Positions 1 through 9,947 of a DNA stretch of 64,000 nt are shown in pieces. Origin of the DNA: an uncultured delta proteobacterium (lineage in GTDB: Bacteria; Desulfobacterota; Desulfobacteria; Desulfobacterales; UBA2156). The first letter of the stretch is position 1, and every line of letters starts with the position of its first letter. The notes beneath the pieces are model-generated. The model worked only from the letters and a program-made list of their open reading frames with translations. It made no database searches and was not told the origin of the DNA. The position numbers and the translations under genes were made by a program. Location of the stretch: positions 141,850 to 205,849 of the forward strand of contig CAVTQK010000024.1 of NCBI GenBank assembly GCA_963736855.1, in the 5' to 3' direction.

Positions 1-62
1 CTGATCCTGATCTGGGCTGTTTTGTCCGCAGTATACTATCGGACTCTCGGATAGCCTGTTTC

Positions 63-1988
63 CTACCAGCCGCTTCCACCTCCGCCGCCTCCTCCGCCAC
101 CGGATGATCCTCCCCCTCCGCTTCCCGAACTCGAACCCGGGGCGGTAGCGGATGAGGCGATGGCTCCGGAAAAGGCCGATCCCAGGCTGGAAGCAAACCC
201 AGAGCTTCCGAGATCGCTCCAGGACCTTCCGCTATACCAGACAGGGGAATAGGCTTGCCCTTCTGTCCCGGCCCGGGCCAGCACATCCGAGAATTGCTCG
301 CTCCATTTATGTTCCACATCCAGGGCCAGGGCATATGGGAGATATTTTTCGAAAAGTTCCGGCGTCTTTTCAGGCGGATTGAGGACCCGCAACCGGGGCG
401 CTTCGGCCACGGAAAGATATTGTTTGAAACCTTCGATCTGGTCCATGATCTTTCGGCCGAGTAGGGTAGGGGCCTTGAGCAGGTGGTAAAAAAGGAGATT
501 CAAAAGGGCCATGGCCAGAAGGGCGATGACGGCTCTTATGGAAGTCATGTATGTCAGCATCGAGATTCCGAAGATTTCTCCGATGAGAAAAGGAATCGAG
601 AAAAGGGTGATGAACACGGCCGATCCTTTGGAAGAAATGCCGCCGCCCCGTGCGGCTTTCCAGCTGTTTTTGACATGAACGACCAGCGCCGTACACGCGA
701 TGGTCCAGCCCGTCAGCCACAACCCAATGAATCCGGCGCCGGGATTGGGCAGAGTAGCAACGGTGATGCCGACAAGGGTCAAAATGGTGATGGCGGCGCC
801 GGGTATAAAATAGTTTCTGTTTTTCAGGAAGTAGGTTTTTTCGAAATCGAGCTTCAGTCTTTTTTTGAAGGCTTCCACGGCGCTGCCGATCTTTGCGTGG
901 TTTTCATTTTTCAGCTCAAGCCGATCGGAAGTTCCGAAGAGCTTGTCGGCAAGGCCCTTTTCTCGGGGTGAAAGGGCAGAACTGTTTTTAGAGGTACGAA
1001 TCAACGAGTACTCCTTTTTCTTTTCCTCCACGATCTTCAGGTATCCCTTGACCGCCATATTGACAACAGCCGATGCTAGCGTCTTGTCATCATATCCCAT
1101 CCGCATCACATAACGCGCAGCGGCTGGTGTGATATCTTTGGGGGGTTCAAACAGGGGGATGATGGTTCCCTTCTCCGGATCCCGACCCACTTTGTACCAG
1201 GCCGCCACATAATAAATTAGCGATAAGGCAAGTCCGGCCAGAGAGACGGTCAGGAGCAGGTTGTCTCCGAAAAAATGTCCGGCTTTTTTGGAAGCGCTGG
1301 GTGCGGTGACCAGCCCTTTGGGCCAGGCTGCCGCAATGGTCAATCCCTCCCCGGGTCGCAACGGACGGGTGGTGGCAAACCGGATGGATTCATTCGTCTC
1401 AGAATCGATGACGAAATCTTTCTCCCGGGCACCCTGCGGACCGGTATAGGCCGCTCTTTGCAAGATATTACCGCCCTGGGGGATCTTTACCAGTGCTTCG
1501 GCCCTCTCAATTACAAATGTCCAGGCGTTTCCCGTGACGTTCCAGTAAAGTTCATCGTATCCCTCGAAAAAACCGAGTTGGCGGCCGGTCTTGTATGTGA
1601 TGGCATATGTATAATATCCGGGATTTAAATAAACATCCTTGTGGCCGATATAAATCTTTTTTCCGTTGGAAACATTTTCAACATGATACGGTTCGGATCG
1701 GCCGTCTTTCTGGATGGAGACGATCTGAAACGGCACCGTGACGGTTTCTCCGGTACGGCCTTTGTATGTCGTTGGAAAATCCCGAACAATGCCCCGCTTG
1801 ATTTCCGCTCCTGCGCAATAGACACGGATGGTCTCGGTCACGGTGATGGAGGCGTCCGGATGGACGGTTATCCGGCTATTAAAATCGGTGATCCTTTCAA
1901 CTTCATCGGAAAAGGCCGGGCATAAAGTCAGAATAAGAAAGACAACTATCCCCAGAAACCCCAAGACAGCTTTTTTACACATATGCAT
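63..1988 (-). CDS. DUF2207 family membrane protein
   Basis: 641-aa ORF with an N-terminal signal/TM segment, an ELYWNVTG motif, several TM helices, a YLPYALAL motif and the Gly/Ser-rich tail GGGGGGSGW typical of DUF2207; lies downstream of lemA. Confidence 0.9.
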   Translation of the reverse strand: MHMCKKAVLGFLGIVVFLILTLCPAFSDEVERITDFNSRITVHPDASITVTETIRVYCAGAEIKRGIVRDFPTTYKGRTGETVTVPFQIVSIQKDGRSEPYHVENVSNGKKIYIGHKDVYLNPGYYTYAITYKTGRQLGFFEGYDELYWNVTGNAWTFVIERAEALVKIPQGGNILQRAAYTGPQGAREKDFVIDSETNESIRFATTRPLRPGEGLTIAAAWPKGLVTAPSASKKAGHFFGDNLLLTVSLAGLALSLIYYVAAWYKVGRDPEKGTIIPLFEPPKDITPAAARYVMRMGYDDKTLASAVVNMAVKGYLKIVEEKKKEYSLIRTSKNSSALSPREKGLADKLFGTSDRLELKNENHAKIGSAVEAFKKRLKLDFEKTYFLKNRNYFIPGAAITILTLVGITVATLPNPGAGFIGLWLTGWTIACTALVVHVKNSWKAARGGGISSKGSAVFITLFSIPFLIGEIFGISMLTYMTSIRAVIALLAMALLNLLFYHLLKAPTLLGRKIMDQIEGFKQYLSVAEAPRLRVLNPPEKTPELFEKYLPYALALDVEHKWSEQFSDVLARAGTEGQAYSPVWYSGRSWSDLGSSGFASSLGSAFSGAIASSATAPGSSSGSGGGGSSGGGGGGGGGSGW

Positions 1989-1996
1989 CGTCCCTG

Positions 1997-2551
1997 TTAA
2001 AAAGAAACTTTAGGCACCGCGCGGTCGGCCTCATCTGTGATTTCGAAAAACTCCGCCTGCTTGAAGCCGTAGAAATTGGCCACGAGATTGCTGGGAAAAG
2101 ACTCCACCTGAATGTTATAATCCCTAACGGTCCCGTTATAGTAACGACGAGCCATCTGGATCTGTTCTTCGAGCTGGGAAAGCTGTCCCTGGAGATCCAA
2201 GAAATTCTGATTGGCCTTCAGGTCCGGATATCCCTCGGCCACGGCGAAAAGATTTGCCAGAGACCGGGAGAGAGCGCCTTCCACTTTCGCCCTTTCTCCC
2301 ACATTCTGGGCACCCATGCTCTGAGCCCGCAGTTCGGTGACCTTTTCCAGGACGCCGCGCTCGTGCCCCATGTATCCCTTGACGGTCTCTAATAAGTTGG
2401 GGATGAGATTGGCCCGTCGCTTGAGCTGGACTTCGATGCCGCTCCAACCCTCTTTGACCATATTCCGATTTTTCACCAGGCTGTTGTAAATCGCAACCAG
2501 GTAAACACCGATCACCAGAACGATACCGATGAAAATCAGCAGGGTAATCAT
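1997..2551 (-). CDS. lemA: LemA family protein
   Basis: N-terminal TM followed by YNSLV, QLKRRANLIPNL, YPDLKANQNF, ARRYYN and FPSNLVA motifs; ATG at 2551 preferred over the upstream TTG. Confidence 0.95.
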   Translation of the reverse strand: MITLLIFIGIVLVIGVYLVAIYNSLVKNRNMVKEGWSGIEVQLKRRANLIPNLLETVKGYMGHERGVLEKVTELRAQSMGAQNVGERAKVEGALSRSLANLFAVAEGYPDLKANQNFLDLQGQLSQLEEQIQMARRYYNGTVRDYNIQVESFPSNLVANFYGFKQAEFFEITDEADRAVPKVSF

Positions 2552-2651
2552 GAAGAGGCTCCTTTCATCAAAACTCAGGCTTTTCAACCGCGAAATAAAA
2601 TAGAAAAGCCCTTAGATGATAAAAAAAATCGGTAATGAAGACCACAATAAT

Positions 2652-3227
2652 TTATCGATCCACACAATCAAACTTTGTTTTACCCACCCTCCATGTAGCC
2701 GGTCTGTGGCCATATGATTGATTTCGTTTCTCATCAAACAATCGAGAGCCGGTGCTCTTGATGTTCTCGGCGATGAAAACCAATTTTACGGTTTTTCCCT
2801 CGTCGCTGTGGAGGAATATCTCAATATGGAGACGCTTGCAACTTTCTCTTCCCTCTATACGGCCGATGACTCGGATACCATTTGGATCGGGATTTACGCT
2901 CACCATAAATATACGATAGGATTGGGGAGGCGTGTCGACTGTTTTTTTTAACAAGGTGCTTTTCTTGGATTTTTTGCCGGGGCTGCGTAACGGCGCCACA
3001 ATTTCCATATTTTCCTCGGCATCGGTTTCTCCTATGTTTTTAGGGGAATGATCGATTTCGGCTTCTTTTTCAATTCGTTGAGCATCTGAAGGTGGGCATG
3101 TATTGCTGAAATGCCTCACACCATTTTCATCAGTCCAGTGATAAAGCTGAGGTTGAACTGTCAACGGAAAGATTACAATCACAACAGACAAGGAAATGAC
3201 CATGAATATTTTTATTTGCAAAATCAA
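2652..3227 (-). CDS. DUF4124-domain exported protein
   Basis: Hydrophobic N-terminus followed by LYHWTDENGVRHFSNTCPP, matching the DUF4124 motif. Confidence 0.75.
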   Translation of the reverse strand: MILQIKIFMVISLSVVIVIFPLTVQPQLYHWTDENGVRHFSNTCPPSDAQRIEKEAEIDHSPKNIGETDAEENMEIVAPLRSPGKKSKKSTLLKKTVDTPPQSYRIFMVSVNPDPNGIRVIGRIEGRESCKRLHIEIFLHSDEGKTVKLVFIAENIKSTGSRLFDEKRNQSYGHRPATWRVGKTKFDCVDR

Positions 3228-3589
3228 ATCTTTTGGCGCCCCGGGTTTAATGGACCATCAATAAGATCATGAGATCATTTCCGACCGATCATGCAAAACA
3301 AAAGTGCGATAAAAAATCAGAATTTTATCTATTATGGATTTGTTTTAGATAGTGCCTATCTGATTTATCTTTCGGGTGTCAAGATGTATGACTTATCCGG
3401 CAGATGCTGAAAGCTTCCGGTAATATCTGAGGATTTTCCTTGATTATGCGAAAACAGAGTATTTTTAGCCCAATTCTAAAGGTCTCCGTTATCGGGATTG
3501 TAATGGTAATGTTCCCTATCATAGTTCGTTGATTACTCTTCTTATCAAAGGGTTTTCAATTCGGCAAATCATTCCGCTGCAGGCAAGAC

Positions 3590-4045
3590 CTTCCCCTGCA
3601 TGCTTCAACCGGAGTTGACGGATGTTCAGTTCCGGAAAAACTGGTCGCGCCTGATCCAAAATATTTACCCGGTTGAATTTCCCGAAGGGGACCCTATTCA
3701 ACCGGGTGAATGAGGTCAACCTTTTAATCTGCCCCAAGTGCCGGGGAAATACAACGACATCCCTCATCCTTCCGCAGAGAATTCCATCGCCGACCTGGTT
3801 TATCCCATGGATGCTTATTTATAAAAAAACCCGTCGGCGTTGATCCGTCGAGCTGTGTCCGTATCCGCCAAAATACCGGCCTTTTGCCGGTCATTTCCGT
3901 ATTGACAGCCGATCTTCCTTTGGGTATCGATTTATCCGAACGGCACGGCAACGGACCGTTCCCATATTCTGGGGTGTAGATAAGGACGGAACACAATTCT
4001 TTTTCACGCTCTATCCGCACCCAAAAAAAAGGGATTCTTATCAAT
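3590..4045 (+). mobile_element. IS91/ISCR-type element 3' remnant, copy 1 (transposase C-terminus plus oriIS-like end)
   Basis: Reads FRKNWSRLIQNI(Y)EVNLLICPKCRG once a 43-nt insert is removed, matching the WARLIxKIYEVDPLxCPxC C-terminal motif. 3751-4045 aligns with 9331-9622 and both end GGATTCTTATCAAT. Confidence 0.7.
3667..3707. repeat. Palindromic insertion with a 12-bp perfect stem
   Basis: ACCCGGTTGAAT (3667-3678) pairs with ATTCAACCGGGT (3696-3707); it splits a TAT codon of the transposase remnant. Confidence 0.8.
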
Positions 4046-4126
4046 TCAATCATTTCTCTACAGCAAGGAGTTGGTCAAGAACGCGACATAGACCGGATTG
4101 GACCCTGCGTGAGCGAGGAGGTAAGC

Positions 4127-4918
4127 ATGGAATCGGCCGGCGTGAAGGAAATGGCGGAGTTTATCAGCAACAATTTGCGGCTCAAGACCTTTCCCCTGGC
4201 GGTCAAGTTTCTCAAAGACCGTAAAGATTTTCCAGTCAAGACCAGGCAACCCTCGGTGGTGCTGGGAAAACGCGTCAGCATTTGTCAGGGAGTCACCATG
4301 GCGCGGGTGTATGGTTGGACCGTGGGACTCACTCGTGACGACCTGATCTGCGTGCCCGCCATGATCGCTTTCGGATTCAGCGGCGCAGCGGACCCCGCTG
4401 AATCACTCACGGGACTCTTCTGCGAAGTGGACTTTGCCAGCGATCGCGACGGTGCGGCCCGGGAAGTGGCGGCCATCACCCGCCTGGAGAACCAGGAGTA
4501 CGACGCCCTGGTGTTGGCGCCCCTCGAAAAAGGCCTTTTTGAACCGGATACTGTGGCTATTTATGGGAATCCAGCGCAGATGATGCGCCTGATCATGGCG
4601 CTGGTCTATATGGAGAAACGCCGCATCGACGGCAACTTCGGCGGCAAGGTCGAGTGCACCGAATACTTGCTCGCTCCGTTCAAGACCAGGTCACCGCGCG
4701 TCGTTATTCCGGGAATGGGGGATCGGATCTTTTCAATGACCCAAGATGATGAAATGGTGTTGTCCATCCCGGGTAGTCTTCTGGGAAAGCTGGTTAGAGG
4801 TCTTGAGGTATCCGGTAAGAAGATCGGGGCGCGCTACCCGGTCACCTTCTATCAGAACTTCGAACCGGAATTTCCCAAGGCTCATAAGGAACTCGGCAAA
4901 GTCCTGGGCATTTTTTAG
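4127..4918 (+). CDS. DUF169 family protein
   Basis: PLAVKF, SICQ..MAR..G, C..A..AFGF, NPAQMMRL, C and PGMGDRIF..DDEMV motifs; RBS GAGGAGG before ATG 4127. Confidence 0.85.
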   Translation: MESAGVKEMAEFISNNLRLKTFPLAVKFLKDRKDFPVKTRQPSVVLGKRVSICQGVTMARVYGWTVGLTRDDLICVPAMIAFGFSGAADPAESLTGLFCEVDFASDRDGAAREVAAITRLENQEYDALVLAPLEKGLFEPDTVAIYGNPAQMMRLIMALVYMEKRRIDGNFGGKVECTEYLLAPFKTRSPRVVIPGMGDRIFSMTQDDEMVLSIPGSLLGKLVRGLEVSGKKIGARYPVTFYQNFEPEFPKAHKELGKVLGIF

Positions 4919-5026
4919 TCAGGAGTCGGATCCAGGAAGCAGTCTATGGACGTCCCCTTATACTCGTCTCCTTATATTGCCCTATCCTCTAAATCTAAAG
5001 TCGAACCGCGCTGAATGACGAAGTGT

Positions 5027-5647
5027 TTATTCTTTTTGGCAATCCTGTAACAGGGTGTCACCTGCTCCATCTACTCCAAGACGGTATGCTTTCGGACTTT
5101 GCCCGGTCCACTCCTTGAAGGCCCGGGTAAAGGAACCAGCTTCCGTGTAACCCAGCAAATAGGCTATTTCGGAAACCGAGAGTTTCTGGTTTTTTAGATA
5201 ATTCATGGCAAGGTTCTTTTTGGTTTCTAGACAGAGACTTTTGAAAACGCTTCCTTCTCGACGGAGCTTCCGGTTCAGCGTCCATCGGCTTAAATTCAGC
5301 TTGTTACAGACGAGCTGGATATCGGCCGGCTCAATGGGAAGACGCTCCAGTATAATCCGTTGAACCTTATCAGTGAAATGTTCCCCACTTTCAATATCCA
5401 CCAACAGTTTTTTCGCGTGCCCGGTCAGCAAGTCATAAATATACAACCGATGTCCGGGATTTTTCAGATTAAGATCGGATTGGGCGATTACGAGGGCATC
5501 TTCTTTCGCCTTGAATTTCAAGGGTGCCTGAAACACCTCTTCGTACACCTGAACATACTCGGGTTGGTCGTACTTGAAACGAACCTCAATGGGACGGTAA
5601 TTGACCCCCGTTAATTTCCGTGTCCTAATAATATCCGACGACCCCAC
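5027..5647 (-). pseudogene. AraC-family transcriptional regulator, N-terminally truncated
   Basis: C-terminal AraC HTH (LSVSEIAYLLGYTEAGSFTRAFKEWTGQSP) with only part of the ligand domain; upstream DNA is an IS3 remnant. Confidence 0.75.
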
Positions 5648-5764
5648 CCGTGCTTCTGTGTCAGATGCGGTGATCGTCTACACATTGCCCTGAGCCATGC
5701 CTGAAGATATGGGCATATAAGCGGGCGGGGACGCGACATGCTGGAATCACTGCTGCGTCTTCTC

Positions 5765-6255
5765 CTCTTTCTCAATCACTGCCGGATTAGGGAGTTGCCA
5801 TTAGTCGATAATTTAAGTCGGGAATGCCTGGCGATTCATGTCGATCAGGCCATTAAGGGAAAAGATGTAGTCCATGTCATGGAGCGTTTACGACTTTTTG
5901 TAGATCGTTGCCCCGAACGGATTCAGGTGGATAACGGGCCTGAGTTTATATCCAAAGATCTGGACAAATGGGCCTATGAGAATGGAGTGACGCTTGACTT
6001 CTCAAAGTCTGGAAAACCAACAGATAACACACTGATCGAGTCATTTAACGGCAGTTTCCGGGATGAATGTCTGAATATGAACTGATTTTTATCTATTGAC
6101 GACGCCAGAAAAAAGGTTGAAGCTTGAAGAAGGGAGTACAATCATTTTCGATCACATTCATCGCTAGGAGATTTAACCTCGATGCAGTTTCAGGAGCAAC
6201 ATAGAGGAAGCCAGAAATCTCTACTTTTGATTGTATAGTTTTTAGGAGAGGCTCA
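5765..6255 (+). mobile_element. IS3-family (IS407-group-like) transposase remnant with right end
   Basis: rve core VDNLSRECLAI, DNGPEF, KPTDN, IESFNGSFRDECLN; in-frame TGA at conserved Trp positions (6083, ~6125); ends ...TTTAGGAGAGGCTCA. Confidence 0.85.
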
Positions 6256-6319
6256 TCACAGTGCATTTTCGTTTGCGATCCGGAGCCAAAAGGGGACTAA
6301 TTACTAAAGGTAAGAAAAT

Positions 6320-7522
6320 ATGTGGACTCGCCGCCCAGCGCAATTCGTCGTGCTTATTATGTTTATGACGCTCAGTGGAAGTTGTGCAACCGTGAAGACC
6401 ATCGGAGAGAGCACTAAAAAAGTCGTCAAAGGTAAGGATATCGACACAAAGGGCTTGGAAAAGGCCATAGCGGAAGATACGAAGAAAATCGAAGCCCAGT
6501 TGCAACAATTGCGCCGCAAGTTCGAGGAAGCCCTCGCGAAGCTCGAGGCCAACGTGCAGAAACACTGGGGCAAGAAGGACACCAAGGTCGCCACACGCAC
6601 CGTGTATGTGAAATATACTCAGAATTACACGAACCGTGTCGTCACCGACTTCGACCACGGCTTGCTCACTGTCGAGACCCTGGACGACAAGAATCCGCAG
6701 GATAGTCTCAAGGCCTCCATCGTCGCCGCGCTCCTCACATCGAACGACCCTGCGTCCGTGGACCTTTTCTCTGACAAGGATGTCACCTTGGATTCAAACC
6801 GTACTCCTTATCTTTATGGCCTCGTGCTTGACAACAACGGCAAGCCAATCCGCACGCGTAAGCAGGCGGAAAATTTCGCAAGTTTTCTTGTGCCAAATAA
6901 AATCCAAACGCGTGTGGTAAAATCAGAGCAGGGCGAAAAGAAGACATTATTCGTGAAGCTCGCTATGGTCAAGAACTTTGAAGCGAAGGGGGCGGAGCGT
7001 TACCGCAGTAGCGTGCTCAAATACTCTGCACAATATCAAGTCAGCCCGAGCCTCGTGTTTGCGATCATTCGGACCGAAAGTAACTTCAACCCGTTTGCCG
7101 TGAGCGGAGCGCCCGCCTATGGACTGATGCAGCTCGTTCCCACGAGCGGTGGCCGTGCTGCCTACCGACGGGTGGAGGGTGTGGACCAGATTCCAACGGT
7201 CGAGCATCTATTCGACCCTGAACGAAACATTGAGCTCGGCACAGCATATTTGAGCGTGCTCAATGACAACGAGTTCCGCGCTGTCGATAGCCATAATTCG
7301 CGCGACTACTGCGTCATCGCGGCTTACAACACGGGCCCGTCCAACGTAACCCGTACATTTGCGAGGGACAAGAACGAGGCTCTCAAGGTCATCAACAGCC
7401 TTAATCCCTCGGAGTTGTTCGACCGGATGAGAACATCACTGCCCCGCCAGGAAACACGTCGATATATCGAGAAGGTCACGAGCTATCGAAAACAGTTCGT
7501 GGACACTGCGGCTGTCCAATAA
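6320..7522 (+). CDS. mltC: MltC-like lytic murein transglycosylase (DUF3393 + SLT), lipoprotein-like
   Basis: YVKYTQNY, ESNFNPFAVS, AYGLMQLVP, NIELGTAYL, AYNTG and ETRRY motifs; Cys after the signal peptide. Confidence 0.9.
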   Translation: MWTRRPAQFVVLIMFMTLSGSCATVKTIGESTKKVVKGKDIDTKGLEKAIAEDTKKIEAQLQQLRRKFEEALAKLEANVQKHWGKKDTKVATRTVYVKYTQNYTNRVVTDFDHGLLTVETLDDKNPQDSLKASIVAALLTSNDPASVDLFSDKDVTLDSNRTPYLYGLVLDNNGKPIRTRKQAENFASFLVPNKIQTRVVKSEQGEKKTLFVKLAMVKNFEAKGAERYRSSVLKYSAQYQVSPSLVFAIIRTESNFNPFAVSGAPAYGLMQLVPTSGGRAAYRRVEGVDQIPTVEHLFDPERNIELGTAYLSVLNDNEFRAVDSHNSRDYCVIAAYNTGPSNVTRTFARDKNEALKVINSLNPSELFDRMRTSLPRQETRRYIEKVTSYRKQFVDTAAVQ

Positions 7523-7841
7523 GTACAATCCCTGACCCACTGTGGTAGTAAAATTGACATGCTTCTAAGCCTCATTTTTCAATTAAAGCAAGCGCATTAA
7601 TTTATTTTCGCAGGTAATCCGCGCCTATTTATGGACACCTCGAATTGCATTCTGTTGGAATCGAATTCTGCTGCGTATATAATTTAGCTCTTCTTGAAGT
7701 CTTACATTTACCTATGAAGGCCCCCCATGTGACGGTCTCTATTGTGAGGGCTGTAATGGTACTATTTCTTATCATAGGTGGCTATAAACTCTTCTACCCT
7801 CCGACCTCTGCCCTCTGATCTCTGCCCTCAGAACTTTTTTC

Positions 7842-7871
7842 TTGACTCTAATCATTATGAATGACTATAAT
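7842..7871 (+). promoter_or_regulatory. Putative sigma70 promoter for the AAA ATPase gene
   Basis: TTGACT-N18-TATAAT, 43 nt upstream of ATG 7914. Confidence 0.55.
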
Positions 7872-7913
7872 ACGGTCAATTTTCAATGAAAAATCACGGC
7901 AAATAGGACAAAA

Positions 7914-9068
7914 ATGATTAGACGGATACTTAAAGACCCGAACCACAGCTTTTTTCTTCTGGGTCCTCGGGGCACCGGCAAAAGCACCTGGCTTCGGGCG
8001 ACCTTCCCCGAGGCCTATTGGGTGGACTTGCTGTCCGAAGACACCTATCAACGGCTTCTCGCCCAACCGGGTCTTTTTGCCGATGAACTGCGAGCCCTTC
8101 CCTCGGGCCAAAAGGTGATCGTTGATGAAGTACAGCGCTTGCCCAACTTGTTGAACGAGGTACATCGGCTGATAGAAGAAAAGCGGCTCCGGTTTATATT
8201 GTGCGGATCCAGTGCGCGAAAATTAAAACGGACCGGGGTCAATCTCCTGGCCGGTCGGGTCTTGATGCGTTATATGCATCCTTTTACTCCCGCTGAATTG
8301 GGGAACCGTTTCGATCTCGAACAGGCCCTCCAATTCGGTTTATTGCCGATTGTCTGGGATTCTCCACAAAAGGCCGAAACCCTGGCCGCTTATGCCCAGC
8401 TTTATTTAAGGGAAGAGATTCAAGCCGAAGCCCTGATACGAAATCTGCCTGGCTTCGCCCGTTTCCTGCCTGTTGCTGCCCTTTTCCACGGCCAAAACAT
8501 CAATACTACCAACATTGCCAGGGAAGCGGGGGTGGCAAGAACCACTGTGGCTGGGTTTTTACAGATCCTTGAAGAAACACTGCTTTGTTTTCAGATACCC
8601 GCCTATGAAGCCAAACTTCGCGTCAGGGAGCGCAAGCAGCCAAAATGGTATTGGTGCGATCCGGGACTGGTCCGGGCCATGAAACGGGCCTCAGGCGGTG
8701 TTGTCGTAGAGGAAAAGGGGGCTTTGTTTGAAGGATTGGTGGCCCAGTTGATCCGGGCCTCAATAGATTACCATGGCCTTGGCGCTGAATGTTATTATTG
8801 GGCTCCTGCCTCAAAAGCCGGGACAGAAGTGGATTTTCTGTTGGTTAAGGGGAGAACGATCATTGCGGTTGAGGCCAAGTCAGGGAGGAATTTTTCGGAA
8901 AGCTGGTGCAAAGGGCTTCGGGCCGTGGCTCCTCTCAAAGGCCTGCAACGCCGCATCATTGTTTATCCCTCCGGCCCGAGTCTGAAAACCGAGGACGGTA
9001 TCGAAATCATCCCCTTCCTCCGTTTTTCAGAACAATTAACCCAGGATTTTTTTAATAACAAAAAATAG
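7914..9068 (+). CDS. AAA_14 ATPase with C-terminal DUF4143 / PD-(D/E)xK-like domain
   Basis: Walker A GPRGTGKST, VDEVQR, GSSARKLK, LAGR, and C-terminal EVDFL..AVEAK. Confidence 0.9.
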   Translation: MIRRILKDPNHSFFLLGPRGTGKSTWLRATFPEAYWVDLLSEDTYQRLLAQPGLFADELRALPSGQKVIVDEVQRLPNLLNEVHRLIEEKRLRFILCGSSARKLKRTGVNLLAGRVLMRYMHPFTPAELGNRFDLEQALQFGLLPIVWDSPQKAETLAAYAQLYLREEIQAEALIRNLPGFARFLPVAALFHGQNINTTNIAREAGVARTTVAGFLQILEETLLCFQIPAYEAKLRVRERKQPKWYWCDPGLVRAMKRASGGVVVEEKGALFEGLVAQLIRASIDYHGLGAECYYWAPASKAGTEVDFLLVKGRTIIAVEAKSGRNFSESWCKGLRAVAPLKGLQRRIIVYPSGPSLKTEDGIEIIPFLRFSEQLTQDFFNNKK

Positions 9069-9181
9069 TGGCGGATCGAGCGATGGCTCTCTGAACTGGC
9101 TTGCCCAACAAAAGGACGTTATCACTATAATACAGCACAACGTGTTGCCAGTTTTTCAGCGCCTGTTAAAAACTCTTCAAC

Positions 9182-9622
9182 TCTAAATGCCAAGGGGAAA
9201 TGCGGATGGTCGCATTTATTGAAGATTTGGATGTATTCAAAATAAATACTCAACTATCTGGATTTATAAGAATCCAAACACCCGATAAGGCCAGTGGCTC
9301 ATGCCCAGCCAATCATGGAATCCTCCGCATACGACGACAGCCCTCAGCCTTCCGCCGAGGACTTCATCGCCGACCCAGTTTATCCCATGGATGCTTATTT
9401 TTAAAAACCCGTCAGCGCTGGTCTGTCGAGCCATGCCCGAATCTGTAAAAATAATGGCCTTCTGCCGCTACAATGCCGATTGACAGCACAATCACCTTCT
9501 GTTATTTTAATATTCATTATCCTCGACAATTTCAGCTTTCCATATCTTGGGGTGTCGATCGCGGCAAAACACAATCCGTTTCCGGGATCCATTCCCATGT
9601 AAACAAGCGGATTCTTATCAAT
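9182..9622 (+). mobile_element. IS91/ISCR-type element 3' remnant, copy 2
   Basis: Reads SKCQGEMRMVAFIEDLDV (CPxCxGxMRIIAFIED motif) and then frameshifts; shares TTTATCCCATGGATGCTTATTT and the terminal GGATTCTTATCAAT with copy 1. Confidence 0.7.
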
Positions 9623-9947
9623 AATAATAAACGAGATGAAGCCTGCACGCGAAGTAGGGCGTCGATGGATGGTGTCGGGACAGGGTTAGACCTCGTAAAT
9701 AGATAGTTAAGCGGGATGGAGGTTAGATCTCAATAATCAGTAATCCATTGATACGAACCCAATAAATTGTACTTGGGGTTGCGAAGGTATGGGTCCACCA
9801 CCGCCATGAGCACAGCGATTCGGCGGTTCGGTGGGCTTCTGACGAGCGACCGTAAACACGGTTAGCATTCTCTAAGGTCGAAGCAAAGTTTTTGAAATGT
9901 AGCCCCGACCTTAATGAGCCAGAATTTGCGGACGGGGGCTTGAATCG

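Noticed and set aside
63..170. CCGCCG/CCTCC low-complexity repeats
   Set aside because: They encode the normal Gly/Ser tail of DUF2207
9680..9730. Several GTTRRRY heptamers suggesting integron cassettes in the left islet
   Set aside because: No matching RYYYAAC or attC-like fold was found
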